From: Candidatus Sumerlaeales bacterium | Lineage (GTDB): Bacteria; Sumerlaeota; Sumerlaeia; Sumerlaeales; Sumerlaeaceae | NCBI GenBank assembly: GCA_036675025.1 | Contig: JAKFFN010000298.1 | Span: 1 to 57,354, forward strand | Reading direction: 5' to 3' | Length of the DNA: 57,354 nt | Part shown: in pieces, positions 30,701 through 38,730 of the stretch | Numbering within the stretch: the first letter of the stretch is position 1 | Layout of the letters: the number at the start of each line of letters is the position of its first letter | Translations under genes and position numbers: made by a program | Notes under the pieces: generated by a model | Database searches by the model: none | Seen by the model: only the letters and a program-made list of their open reading frames with translations | Told to the model about the DNA's origin: nothing

Positions 30701-31470
30701 GCGAGTTTGCAATCAGGCTGGACCTTAGAGAACTTCCTGTTGAAAGATTTGATGCTGCGGTGGCGCGGGCAGGCGAGCATGCAGGCTTTTTGATGACCGC
30801 GTGGCAGTGGACCGCCTGGAATCACGACGGACATGCTGCAGGGTATGCTCCGCGGATGCTGATCATGGTGCCCGATTTCCTTAATTATGCGCGCCTCGGC
30901 AGTACAGGGCAGGCAAAAGAAATCATCCGCTTGCCGGGATCGCTGCCCAAAGTGCTTAAATCCGCCCTGAGTAACGTCGTGACCAACTCGCGCAATATAC
31001 CCGGCCTCGCGACTGGCGACTTCTGGTCTGCTGCAGAAACTTTGACTGCCTATGACATGGGGCTGTTGCCGCGCAATTTTGCCGGGGAAGTGATTCTACA
31101 ATACAACCTGGCTGATTTCACGTGGTTGTTTGACCGCCAACAGTACATGAAATCATTTTCGAAGCTGGCGGCTAACGCTGCCGGCTGGGGCGTTGCAACG
31201 CAGCAGGTTGGCAAGGCACTGTCGGCGTGTGCGCGATGGAACCATTCACCAGCCCGCCTGATGTACACATCCGGTGCACAACGGCGGGAGGCGGATCTTG
31301 TGGCCCATGCGCGGCGAGAGAGATTTACCGACACCCGGTTTACTCTGGATCTTACGCAGTGGCCAAAGGAATTAGTGTGTGGGGAATATGCGGGGGAACT
31401 CAAACGGCAATATGATAACGAGTGGCTTTTAAGCTATGACGCTGGTATCAGTCTGCTGAAAAACACCTGA
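30697..31470 (+). CDS. Hypothetical protein (257 aa)
   Basis: GTGA overlap with the upstream gene; fills the operon end before a weak hairpin. Confidence 0.78.
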   Translation: MSEFAIRLDLRELPVERFDAAVARAGEHAGFLMTAWQWTAWNHDGHAAGYAPRMLIMVPDFLNYARLGSTGQAKEIIRLPGSLPKVLKSALSNVVTNSRNIPGLATGDFWSAAETLTAYDMGLLPRNFAGEVILQYNLADFTWLFDRQQYMKSFSKLAANAAGWGVATQQVGKALSACARWNHSPARLMYTSGAQRREADLVAHARRERFTDTRFTLDLTQWPKELVCGEYAGELKRQYDNEWLLSYDAGISLLKNT

Positions 31471-31505
31471 TTTATTAACTGTGTAACATGTGCAATCGGC
31501 AACAT

Positions 31506-31525
31506 ACGGCGCTTTAGCCGTTTTC
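31506..31525 (+). terminator. Weak putative terminator after the CE7 operon
   Basis: ACGGC-GCTTTA-GCCGT-TTTC; short stem only. Confidence 0.4.
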
Positions 31526-31759
31526 TATTGACTCTTTCTTTAAACACGCTATCTGCTATCTACCTGCGTAAGTAACGGGTTAGGTTTACGGTTAGTGACT
31601 ACTAAGAGTTCGTTAAAATTTCTCTCATTGCCAGGCGGCTTCCGCAGCTCATCGACTGCGCGGTTCATACCGTTTACTTCGCTTTTATCCCTGTGTTATC
31701 GTATGCGTATCAATTTATATAATTTTATTACGTGAAACGAATGGAGGTGAGTAGCAGTT

Positions 31760-31966
31760 ATGCCACAAGGCAAAGTAAAATGGTTCAACGACAAAAAGGG
31801 CTTTGGGTTCATCGAACCGGAAGGTGGCGGTGAGGATATATTTGTCCATCACACATCGATCCTTAGCGATGGCTTCCGGACGCTAATGGAAGGCCAGAAC
31901 GTAGAGTATGAGATGGTTCGCGGCCCCAAAGGTTTCCAGGCCTTGAATGTCCAGAAATCGGCCTAG
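31760..31966 (+). CDS. csp: Cold-shock protein (CspA family)
   Basis: [15 protein letters not shown] (RNP1), DIFVHHT (RNP2), GFRTL.EGQ.V, GPKG.QA.NV; strong SD GGAGGTGA at 31743-31750. Confidence 0.97.
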   Translation: MPQGKVKWFNDKKGFGFIEPEGGGEDIFVHHTSILSDGFRTLMEGQNVEYEMVRGPKGFQALNVQKSA

Positions 31967-32071
31967 CTGGCCCAAAGACACTGTATTATATTATTGTAAT
32001 TGCGGCGCCACCGCTGGTGGAGCTGCACGTAGTTCCTGAACGAGGGTCAGGAGGTTTGTAATCTGTAGTTT

Positions 32072-32096
32072 GGGCGCCCGGTTCGGGCGCTTTTTT
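32072..32096 (+). terminator. Intrinsic terminator after csp (convergent with iscA)
   Basis: GGGCGCCCG-GTT-CGGGCGC followed by TTTTTT. Confidence 0.85.
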
Positions 32097-32422
32097 CATG
32101 CGGAGAATGAGCTGCCGCAGCCGCACGTAGCAGTGGCGTTCGGGTTTACAAACTTGAACCCGCCACCCATTAGCGCGTCAATAAAATCCAGGGTCAGGCC
32201 ATTAAGGTAGAAATAGCTCTTTTTGTCGCAAAAAACCGGCAGGCCATCATAATCAAAAACCTTGTCGTCTTCACCAGGTTTTTCGGTCAGGTCCATGGTA
32301 TAAGACAGGCCGGAGCAGCCGCCGCCTTTCACGCCGACACGTATGCCCCATCCAGATTTTCCCTGTGATTCAAGTATCTTCTTAACCTGGTCAACTGCCA
32401 GTGGAGTAACGGTAATGGCCAT
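32096..32422 (-). CDS. iscA: A-type Fe-S cluster carrier (IscA/HesB)
   Basis: IRVGVKGGGCSGLSY, GFKFVNPNA..TCGCGSSF; start ATG 32422 (MAITVT). Confidence 0.95.
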   Translation of the reverse strand: MAITVTPLAVDQVKKILESQGKSGWGIRVGVKGGGCSGLSYTMDLTEKPGEDDKVFDYDGLPVFCDKKSYFYLNGLTLDFIDALMGGGFKFVNPNATATCGCGSSFSA

Positions 32423-32489
32423 TCTTCCTGCTCCCGTGCAAATATGCAATATCTAGTACAGAAACTATCGCAGGATCATCATTTCTACG

Positions 32490-33650
32490 CTATCTGTGAA
32501 TTCGCAAGGCTTTTACTGCCGCAATTACGGCATCTGCGGCTTTGTCTATTTCCTCGCGAGTATTGAAGCGGCCTATGCCGAATCTCAGGCTGGCGTAGGC
32601 TAGTTCAAGACTTCGCCCGAGCGCTGCCAGAACATGGGAGGGCAGAGGTTTAGCTGAGGTGCAAGCGCTTCCGCTGCTGAGGCTCACAGTGTCTCGCAAC
32701 GATGGGAGCAGTCGCTGGGCTTCAATCGCAGGAATCGAAAGGTTAAGATTTCCCGGAAGGCGGCTGTCGAGGGAGCCATTGAGAACAAGCTCAGGGATAC
32801 CTGCTTTCAAACGGGCAAGAAGGTGATTTCTTAGCGCGGCTGCCCGTTTTGCCTCTGCATCCATTTCAGACAGGCAGATTTCCGCAGCTGCACCCAGTGC
32901 CACAATTGCGGGGACATTTAGTGTGCCGGACCTGAAACCGCGCTCGTGGCCGCCTCCGTGGATAAGCGGAACCAGTCTCAACGGCGGGACCTGGCGGCGG
33001 ATGATTAGCGCGCCGATGCCTTTTGGCGCGTACATCTTATGGCCACTTAGTGATAGAAAGCTTAAGTTCCAGTCGCGAAACTTGACTGGAATTTTACCTA
33101 ATGACTGAGCGGCGTCCACATGGAGAGGGACATTATACTTTTGGCAAACTGCTGCAACTTCCTCAATAGGATGGATGGTGCCAATCTCGTTATTAGCATG
33201 CATGAGCGAAACCAGGTCGGCGCCAGCTGCCATTGTTTCTTCCAGCTGATTAAGATACAATTTACCTTCGCCGTTAACCGGCAGCCTGGTTATGCGGGCT
33301 CCTTGTTTTTCAAGAAAATCGCACGTATCAAGGACTGCGGAATGCTCTGTTACAGCTGTGATAACATGGAGAGGAGGAGTATCAGAATCCCGCTTTCGTA
33401 CACCTTTTAAAACCAGGTTAATAGCCTCTGTGGCCCCGGATGTAAAAACGATCTCTGCTGGCTCACAACCCGCGAGGTTCGCTAGCTTTGCCCTGGCGGC
33501 CTCTACTGCTTCTTTGGCCTTCCAACCAAAAGGATGCGCAGTGCTTGCCGAATTTCCAAATTTTTCTGTAAAATAGGGCAGCATGGCATCTACCACCCGC
33601 GGATCGCACGGCGTGGTTGCCTGGTTATCCAAGTAAATCGGCAGTTGCAT
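32490..33650 (-). CDS. iscS: Cysteine desulfurase (IscS/NifS, group I)
   Basis: IYLDNQATTP, FTSGATEAIN, ANNEIG, HVDAAQ, SGHK (PLP Lys), RSGTLN, SSGSACTS (catalytic Cys). Confidence 0.95.
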   Translation of the reverse strand: MQLPIYLDNQATTPCDPRVVDAMLPYFTEKFGNSASTAHPFGWKAKEAVEAARAKLANLAGCEPAEIVFTSGATEAINLVLKGVRKRDSDTPPLHVITAVTEHSAVLDTCDFLEKQGARITRLPVNGEGKLYLNQLEETMAAGADLVSLMHANNEIGTIHPIEEVAAVCQKYNVPLHVDAAQSLGKIPVKFRDWNLSFLSLSGHKMYAPKGIGALIIRRQVPPLRLVPLIHGGGHERGFRSGTLNVPAIVALGAAAEICLSEMDAEAKRAAALRNHLLARLKAGIPELVLNGSLDSRLPGNLNLSIPAIEAQRLLPSLRDTVSLSSGSACTSAKPLPSHVLAALGRSLELAYASLRFGIGRFNTREEIDKAADAVIAAVKALRIHR

Positions 33651-33742
33651 TATTAGGTTCTACAGCATGAAACATCGTTGCGTCACGATAATTGCTGCCG
33701 CAGATAGTGACTTAATTAACAGGACTTAGCTGGGAGAGCTTT

Positions 33743-33973
33743 ATGAACGCAACGCACCTGTTGTCAGGACTAATATTACTAGCAATAGCTGGAACAGCTG
33801 CGGCTGATGCGCTGCCGGGTACGCCGCGGCGGGAGTTTCGCGGTCGTACATACTATTATGAACCCATTCGGTACTACAGTCCCGTGTGGTATGCAGGTAA
33901 TGGAGTGATTGCAACCCGCCGCCAGGCTGGCGTGCCCATATGGCCATTAGCGCAGTATAACAAGATCTACTAA
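33743..33973 (+). CDS. Small secreted Tyr/Arg-rich protein, unknown function
   Basis: GGGAGAG SD; signal peptide MNATHLLSGLILLAIAGTAAA; 19 nt before the next gene. Confidence 0.72.
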   Translation: MNATHLLSGLILLAIAGTAAADALPGTPRREFRGRTYYYEPIRYYSPVWYAGNGVIATRRQAGVPIWPLAQYNKIY

Positions 33974-33992
33974 GGCAATTTGCGAGGCAATT

Positions 33993-34211
33993 ATGGCGGA
34001 GAAATCAATCAAGCTAAATATAACAGGGATGGCTTCGGACCACGAAGCTGAATCTGTAATTCGCGCACTCCATGCTGTTCCCGGTGTTACGTATGCAGAG
34101 GTGTATCTGGATCCCGGGTATGCAGATATTCGGTACGATGATGGACAGGCGAACCCGGAAGACTTTAGCGCAGCCATAGAAACGGAAGGTTACGAGGCTT
34201 CGCTCGCCTGA
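33993..34211 (+). CDS. HMA (CopZ-like) domain protein lacking the CxxC motif
   Basis: L.ITGM....ESVIRAL..VPGV..AEV.L..G.A.I.YD.......F..AIE..GY pattern of HMA domains; GMxCxxC is GMASDHE here. Confidence 0.85.
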   Translation: MAEKSIKLNITGMASDHEAESVIRALHAVPGVTYAEVYLDPGYADIRYDDGQANPEDFSAAIETEGYEASLA

Positions 34212-36340
34212 TGTGGAAGGGTTTTGTGTGTTGTAGCAGGCGATCTTTGGTGCTACTTATTCTATTTCTGTCGGTTTGGACGCTTTGCAATCACACCTTT
34301 GCTGGTTGGAACGTTGTAGCCGACAAACCTTTACCTGTAAACGCTGAAACTACTATCAGCCTGCGATATGACAAAGGCACAGAAGAAAGCACTAGCGGAG
34401 TGCTGTGGCTTGTGCCCACAGATATTTCATCTGTCCTGGTTCCTGAAACGGTTCAATATAATGGAGACAAGGTTTCCGTCCCTGCTTTTTTTCGTACCGC
34501 TAATCCGACACTATTGGTGCATGACGCGGAAAGAGACGAGACAACTACCATATCCCTGGCGGCTTCGCCACAAGAGGGACGGTTCAGTTGGCGGCCATCG
34601 CTCTCTATCTCGCCGGCAGAAAATTATCCCATAGTACTGGCCAATCAAGAGGTTACTCCAACGCTTACGCTGGCTGGCGGTACTGGCCAGATGCCACCTT
34701 CTGCTCATATTTCTGCAACGGACCACCGCGGCCGGCTGGTGATGTCACGCTTCTTCAGCACTTTTGATTTGCTTGGCGGGCTTGGTAAGCTAAAGTTTCC
34801 CGCGATAGGGCAGTACACTGTCAGTCTGAAGCTTCTTGATGATTACATTACAAGTCTTCCGCAAGCGGCGCAGCGGGAACCTATTGTGCTGCCTTTTGGC
34901 ACCTGGGTGGAGCGGGCGCACCCACAGGATGTGAAAGCCGCTGATTACGTTACAACCGATGTGGTGGTAGGAAATCTTGTAGCCTTTGAACACATTCCTA
35001 CGACAGCGACGGTGCTGTCGGAAGACAAGATAGTTGTGCCGGTGTTTGCTGTTCATTCCCGGGAAAGCCGGTTGAACCGCTGGCCATACATGATTTCTGA
35101 CCTCGGAATCTACTCAATGCCTGTCAGTGAGCAGCAGTCTAAGGGTGCAGACCTTTTACGGTGGCAGCGTGCCTTGGGTGCTACGTTTGGGTTAATCCAT
35201 GTAAACTGGGGGCATTTGCAGACGTCCCCTGGTGGATACCGATGGCATAAACTGACGGACCTGCTTCCTCTATACCGCCGTAACCAGGTTCGCCCCGTGC
35301 TTGCGCTGGTGGGACGGTCGGCCTGGAGCGACAGCCTTCCCTATGAGACAACGGAGACATTAACTGCCTGGCAGGATTTCAGTTTTGAGTTGTCTGAAAA
35401 ATTTCGTCAATTGATTTGGGGGCTGCAAGTCTGGCGATACCCACAAACTGAGTCGGCGGATGACGTTACGAGCTACTCAAACCTCGTCAGCGCAACCTAT
35501 ACGGGATTTTCTACGCGTGACGGAAAAGCCATCCAGGCTGCGCCCATACTGGCTGGAGCTACACACTGGCCTGATTCTGATTTCGTGCAGGCTTTGCTGA
35601 AATCAGAGGCTCGAGAGGCCATTGGCGGGATAAGTTTTGATCAATATCCATCGCGGGATTATAAAGGTTCGCCAGGCGACAACGGTTTTGAAGAAGCATT
35701 TGACGAATTGAAGACAGCTTTGAAGGATTCTGGAAAAGCGGATTTGCCCGTATGGCTGATGAACACAGGGTGGGTAAACGGGACCGATGGAGTAACGCAG
35801 GATTTGCAGGCAAATTACCTTGTGAGAACGCATACGCTGGCCCTGGCGCAAGGTTTTCATAAAGTGGGATGGGATGGCCTGGCGGATAAGAGCGCAGTAC
35901 CGTGGGCGGCTGACCAGACTCAGCGAATGGGGCTTCTGACTGCTGACCTCCGCCCCAAACTCGCTGGCATAGCTTATAATAACATGACTTACCTTATGAG
36001 TGGTTTGACACCTAAGGGAGAGACCCGGCAGGGTAAGGCCCGTGTTTTTAGCTTTAATATCGGCCTGCAAAGCAATAAATGGCCCGGCTTACTTTACGTT
36101 GCGTGGACCGAATCTCCGCAGGAAACGCAGGAAATTCTGTTACCTATGACCCAAGGCGGTGGAGTGTATGCCCTGGATTATCTTGGAGCAGAAGTTCCAA
36201 CCGAAAAAGTCGAGCCCGATCCTAAGAGTCCAATAGCTGGCACTTACCGGATCCCCGTAGGGTTTGAACCGGTGTTCATCTGGGACGCCGGTAAGCCGGG
36301 AAATTCGCAACCCCCACCCACAGAAGCAGAGCAGGAATAG
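34211..36340 (+). CDS. Exported clan GH-A (GH39/GH5-like TIM barrel) protein, apparently catalytically degenerate
   Basis: Signal peptide ending TFA; LGA....VNW..LQ.SPGGYRW, QANYLVR, GLL..D.RPK..AY; WNEP is WRYP and ITE.GW is LMNTGW. TGATG overlap with the upstream gene. Confidence 0.8.
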   Translation: MWKGFVCCSRRSLVLLILFLSVWTLCNHTFAGWNVVADKPLPVNAETTISLRYDKGTEESTSGVLWLVPTDISSVLVPETVQYNGDKVSVPAFFRTANPTLLVHDAERDETTTISLAASPQEGRFSWRPSLSISPAENYPIVLANQEVTPTLTLAGGTGQMPPSAHISATDHRGRLVMSRFFSTFDLLGGLGKLKFPAIGQYTVSLKLLDDYITSLPQAAQREPIVLPFGTWVERAHPQDVKAADYVTTDVVVGNLVAFEHIPTTATVLSEDKIVVPVFAVHSRESRLNRWPYMISDLGIYSMPVSEQQSKGADLLRWQRALGATFGLIHVNWGHLQTSPGGYRWHKLTDLLPLYRRNQVRPVLALVGRSAWSDSLPYETTETLTAWQDFSFELSEKFRQLIWGLQVWRYPQTESADDVTSYSNLVSATYTGFSTRDGKAIQAAPILAGATHWPDSDFVQALLKSEAREAIGGISFDQYPSRDYKGSPGDNGFEEAFDELKTALKDSGKADLPVWLMNTGWVNGTDGVTQDLQANYLVRTHTLALAQGFHKVGWDGLADKSAVPWAADQTQRMGLLTADLRPKLAGIAYNNMTYLMSGLTPKGETRQGKARVFSFNIGLQSNKWPGLLYVAWTESPQETQEILLPMTQGGGVYALDYLGAEVPTEKVEPDPKSPIAGTYRIPVGFEPVFIWDAGKPGNSQPPPTEAEQE

Positions 36341-36342
36341 AA

Positions 36343-38721
36343 ATGAAAAGATTTGGCAGTGAGAAGCCGCGGAAATTTGGCCCGTCGGATAAACCTAAGT
36401 TTTCCGGTGGAAAAGCACCATTTAAACCGCGCAAAGATTTTGGTGGGGCAGGGAGACCCGGAGGCTATAAGCCACGACCCTTTGACTCTGACAGGGAAGA
36501 ACCTCGCGGTGCACGCGCCGGTGATGATCGTGGCAGATTTGGAGGCCCTGCAAAACCGCGTCCGTCGGGTGATCGTCCGTCTTATGGTGGTGCTTCGCGC
36601 CCTGGTGGCGACCGCCCATCATATGGCGGTTCTTCGCGCCCTGGTGGCGACCGGCCCTCATATGGCGGTTCTTCGCGCCCTGGTGGCGACCGGCCCTCCT
36701 ACGGTAGTTCATCGCGCCCGGGCGGCGACCGGCCATCATATGGTAAAGGTCCGCGTCCGGGAGGTGATCGTCCGTCTTATGGAAGCGCTTCGCGGCCTGC
36801 AGGTGATCGCCCTTCATACGGCAAGGCTCCACGGTTCGGTGGCGAAAAGCCAAGATTTGGTGATAAGCCACGCTTTGGCGCGAACAAGCCGAAATTCGGT
36901 GGAGACCGGCCTCGGGAGTACGGCGCAGATCGCCCTCGCGATGAGAACTCTGGCTACCCCCGTGAAGGGAAGCCTTCTTTCGGCGCTAAGCGCCCCTACG
37001 GCGACAAACCCGGCTTTGGAAAAAAGCCGGCATTTGGGAAGAAGCCAGCGTTTGGTGACAAGCCACGCTACGGTGATAAGCCCCGGTTTGGTGACAAGCC
37101 TCGCTTTGGTGATAAGCCGCAATTTGGGGATAAACCCCGGTTCGGAGACAAACCATCTTACGGAGCCGGCCGTTCAGCTTACGGTGAACGTGGGTTCAGC
37201 GAGGATCGCGAACGCGGTGATTACAAGAAGCCAGGTTTCGGTGGGCCCGGTAAACCAGGCGGATATGGTGACCGTAAGCCTGGAAAGTTCGGGGAACGCA
37301 AAGAAAAACGCGACCCCTACAGGGTCTGGAAGCGCGAAGATGCCGAAGCTGAAGGACACGCAGAAGCCGCTGCAACTGAGCCGCCAAACGCACCTTTCCG
37401 CGAAGCCGACGATACCGATCAGGATTTTGCTTACGAAGGACTGCCTGACCGTCGTGCTTCCCGCTACAACCGTGAGTGGGTGGAGTCTGCTACGAACTCT
37501 GCCGATGTTGTAACCAAGGCATTTCCCTCAGCGCCGTACGCGCGCAAACTTATGGTTACTATGGAAGATACCCGCAATGTTCCGATCAGGGTCGTGTGGG
37601 TATTTGATACCATGGTTGGTGACCTGCCGGATGGTGAACCTGCAGCAGGGGATACCGTTTACGTTCATGACTCCAGCAACAAGTTTCTCGGTTCCGCCAT
37701 TTACAATCCGAACTCGCGCATTCGCGCGCGGATTTTCAGTCTCGATAAAGAGCTGTTTAACCGGGAATATATTAAGACAGCCATAGCCAAAGCCATCTCG
37801 CTTCGCAGATCGCTGGGCTATATGGATGAAGGCTCCTGCCGTGTAATCTTCGGCGAATCTGACGGGATTCCGGGACTTGTCGCAGACCTTATTGGCGGTT
37901 ACCTTGTTATCCAGCCGCTTACTTACGCGGTGGACAAACATCTTACGTTTATCGTAGACCAGCTTAACGAGCAGGTCGGGCCTGAAGGAATTGTGGTGCG
38001 TACCGACGTTCCCATACGAGCAAAGGAAGGCCTTGATGTGGGCGGAGTGGTTGTGCATGGAGAAATTCCTGAACGGGTCACTGTAAAAGAAGCAGGCTAT
38101 GTTCTCTATGCGAATCCCGCGAGTGGGCAAAAGACGGGCTTGTTCCTTGACCAGCGTAAAAACCGGGCTGCTATCAAGCACTTCTGCAAAGGAGCGCGCG
38201 TGCTTGACCTGTTCTGCCACGTGGGTGGCTGGGCAATCAGGGCTGCTCGCTATGGTGCGACTGAAGTCATTGGTGTGGATTCTTCCAAGCCAGCGCTTGA
38301 ATTAGCTCGTGCAGCAGCCGAAGCTAATGGCTATGACCAGGTCACGTTTGTTGACGACGACGTGTTCGATTACTTTGGAAAGATTGGCGCAGAGGAAGAG
38401 AACCTTTTTGACGTGATCATCTGCGATCCGCCGGCCTTTGCAAAGACTCGCGCGCATTTCGAGGAAGCCATTCGTGCATACCTTTCGCTGAATTACCGTG
38501 CCATGAAGAAGCTGAAGCCGGGCGGAATTCTTGTGACCTGCTCGTGCAGCCAGGCAGTTTCCGGTGATGAATTCACTGATATGCTGACAACGGCAGCGCG
38601 AAATGCGCGGGCGCAGTTTCAGATCATAGAAAAACGGGGCGCCCCGCAGGACCACCCCGTTCTTCTTGGACTTCCGGAAACTGACTATCTGAAATGCTAC
38701 GTGCTTCGTAAAACCGAATAG
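36343..38721 (+). CDS. rlmI: RlmI-like 23S rRNA m5C methyltransferase with about 390-aa low-complexity N-terminal extension
   Basis: PUA-like region, FGESDGIPGLVAD, GQKTGLFLDQR.NR, VLDLFC.VGG, CDPPAF, TCSCS, DHP.....PET.YLK. Confidence 0.88.
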   Translation: MKRFGSEKPRKFGPSDKPKFSGGKAPFKPRKDFGGAGRPGGYKPRPFDSDREEPRGARAGDDRGRFGGPAKPRPSGDRPSYGGASRPGGDRPSYGGSSRPGGDRPSYGGSSRPGGDRPSYGSSSRPGGDRPSYGKGPRPGGDRPSYGSASRPAGDRPSYGKAPRFGGEKPRFGDKPRFGANKPKFGGDRPREYGADRPRDENSGYPREGKPSFGAKRPYGDKPGFGKKPAFGKKPAFGDKPRYGDKPRFGDKPRFGDKPQFGDKPRFGDKPSYGAGRSAYGERGFSEDRERGDYKKPGFGGPGKPGGYGDRKPGKFGERKEKRDPYRVWKREDAEAEGHAEAAATEPPNAPFREADDTDQDFAYEGLPDRRASRYNREWVESATNSADVVTKAFPSAPYARKLMVTMEDTRNVPIRVVWVFDTMVGDLPDGEPAAGDTVYVHDSSNKFLGSAIYNPNSRIRARIFSLDKELFNREYIKTAIAKAISLRRSLGYMDEGSCRVIFGESDGIPGLVADLIGGYLVIQPLTYAVDKHLTFIVDQLNEQVGPEGIVVRTDVPIRAKEGLDVGGVVVHGEIPERVTVKEAGYVLYANPASGQKTGLFLDQRKNRAAIKHFCKGARVLDLFCHVGGWAIRAARYGATEVIGVDSSKPALELARAAAEANGYDQVTFVDDDVFDYFGKIGAEEENLFDVIICDPPAFAKTRAHFEEAIRAYLSLNYRAMKKLKPGGILVTCSCSQAVSGDEFTDMLTTAARNARAQFQIIEKRGAPQDHPVLLGLPETDYLKCYVLRKTE
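36565..36837 (+). repeat. Coding tandem repeat: 7 x 39 nt ([G/S/A]GDRPSYGxxxRP)
   Basis: Seven 13-aa units read directly; DNA copies differ mostly at synonymous sites. Confidence 0.95.
37000..37161 (+). repeat. Coding tandem repeat: 9 x 18 nt (G[D/K]KPx[F/Y])
   Basis: GDKPGF GKKPAF GKKPAF GDKPRY GDKPRF GDKPRF GDKPQF GDKPRF GDKPSY. Confidence 0.95.
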
Positions 38722-38730
38722 GGGAGAGGT

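Noticed and set aside
32096-33650. iscS-iscA without iscU/hscBA as a novel Fe-S system
   Set aside because: Split isc/suf gene sets are common; the other components may lie elsewhere in the genome.
15401-37161. Tandem repeats (33, 39, 18 nt) as possible CRISPR arrays
   Set aside because: No unique spacers, unit lengths are multiples of three inside ORFs, and no cas genes are present.
36353-37513. 386-aa +1-frame ORF with VLRALVAT repeats over the RlmI N-terminus
   Set aside because: Stop-free by-product of GC-rich repeats; third-position variation matches the RlmI frame.
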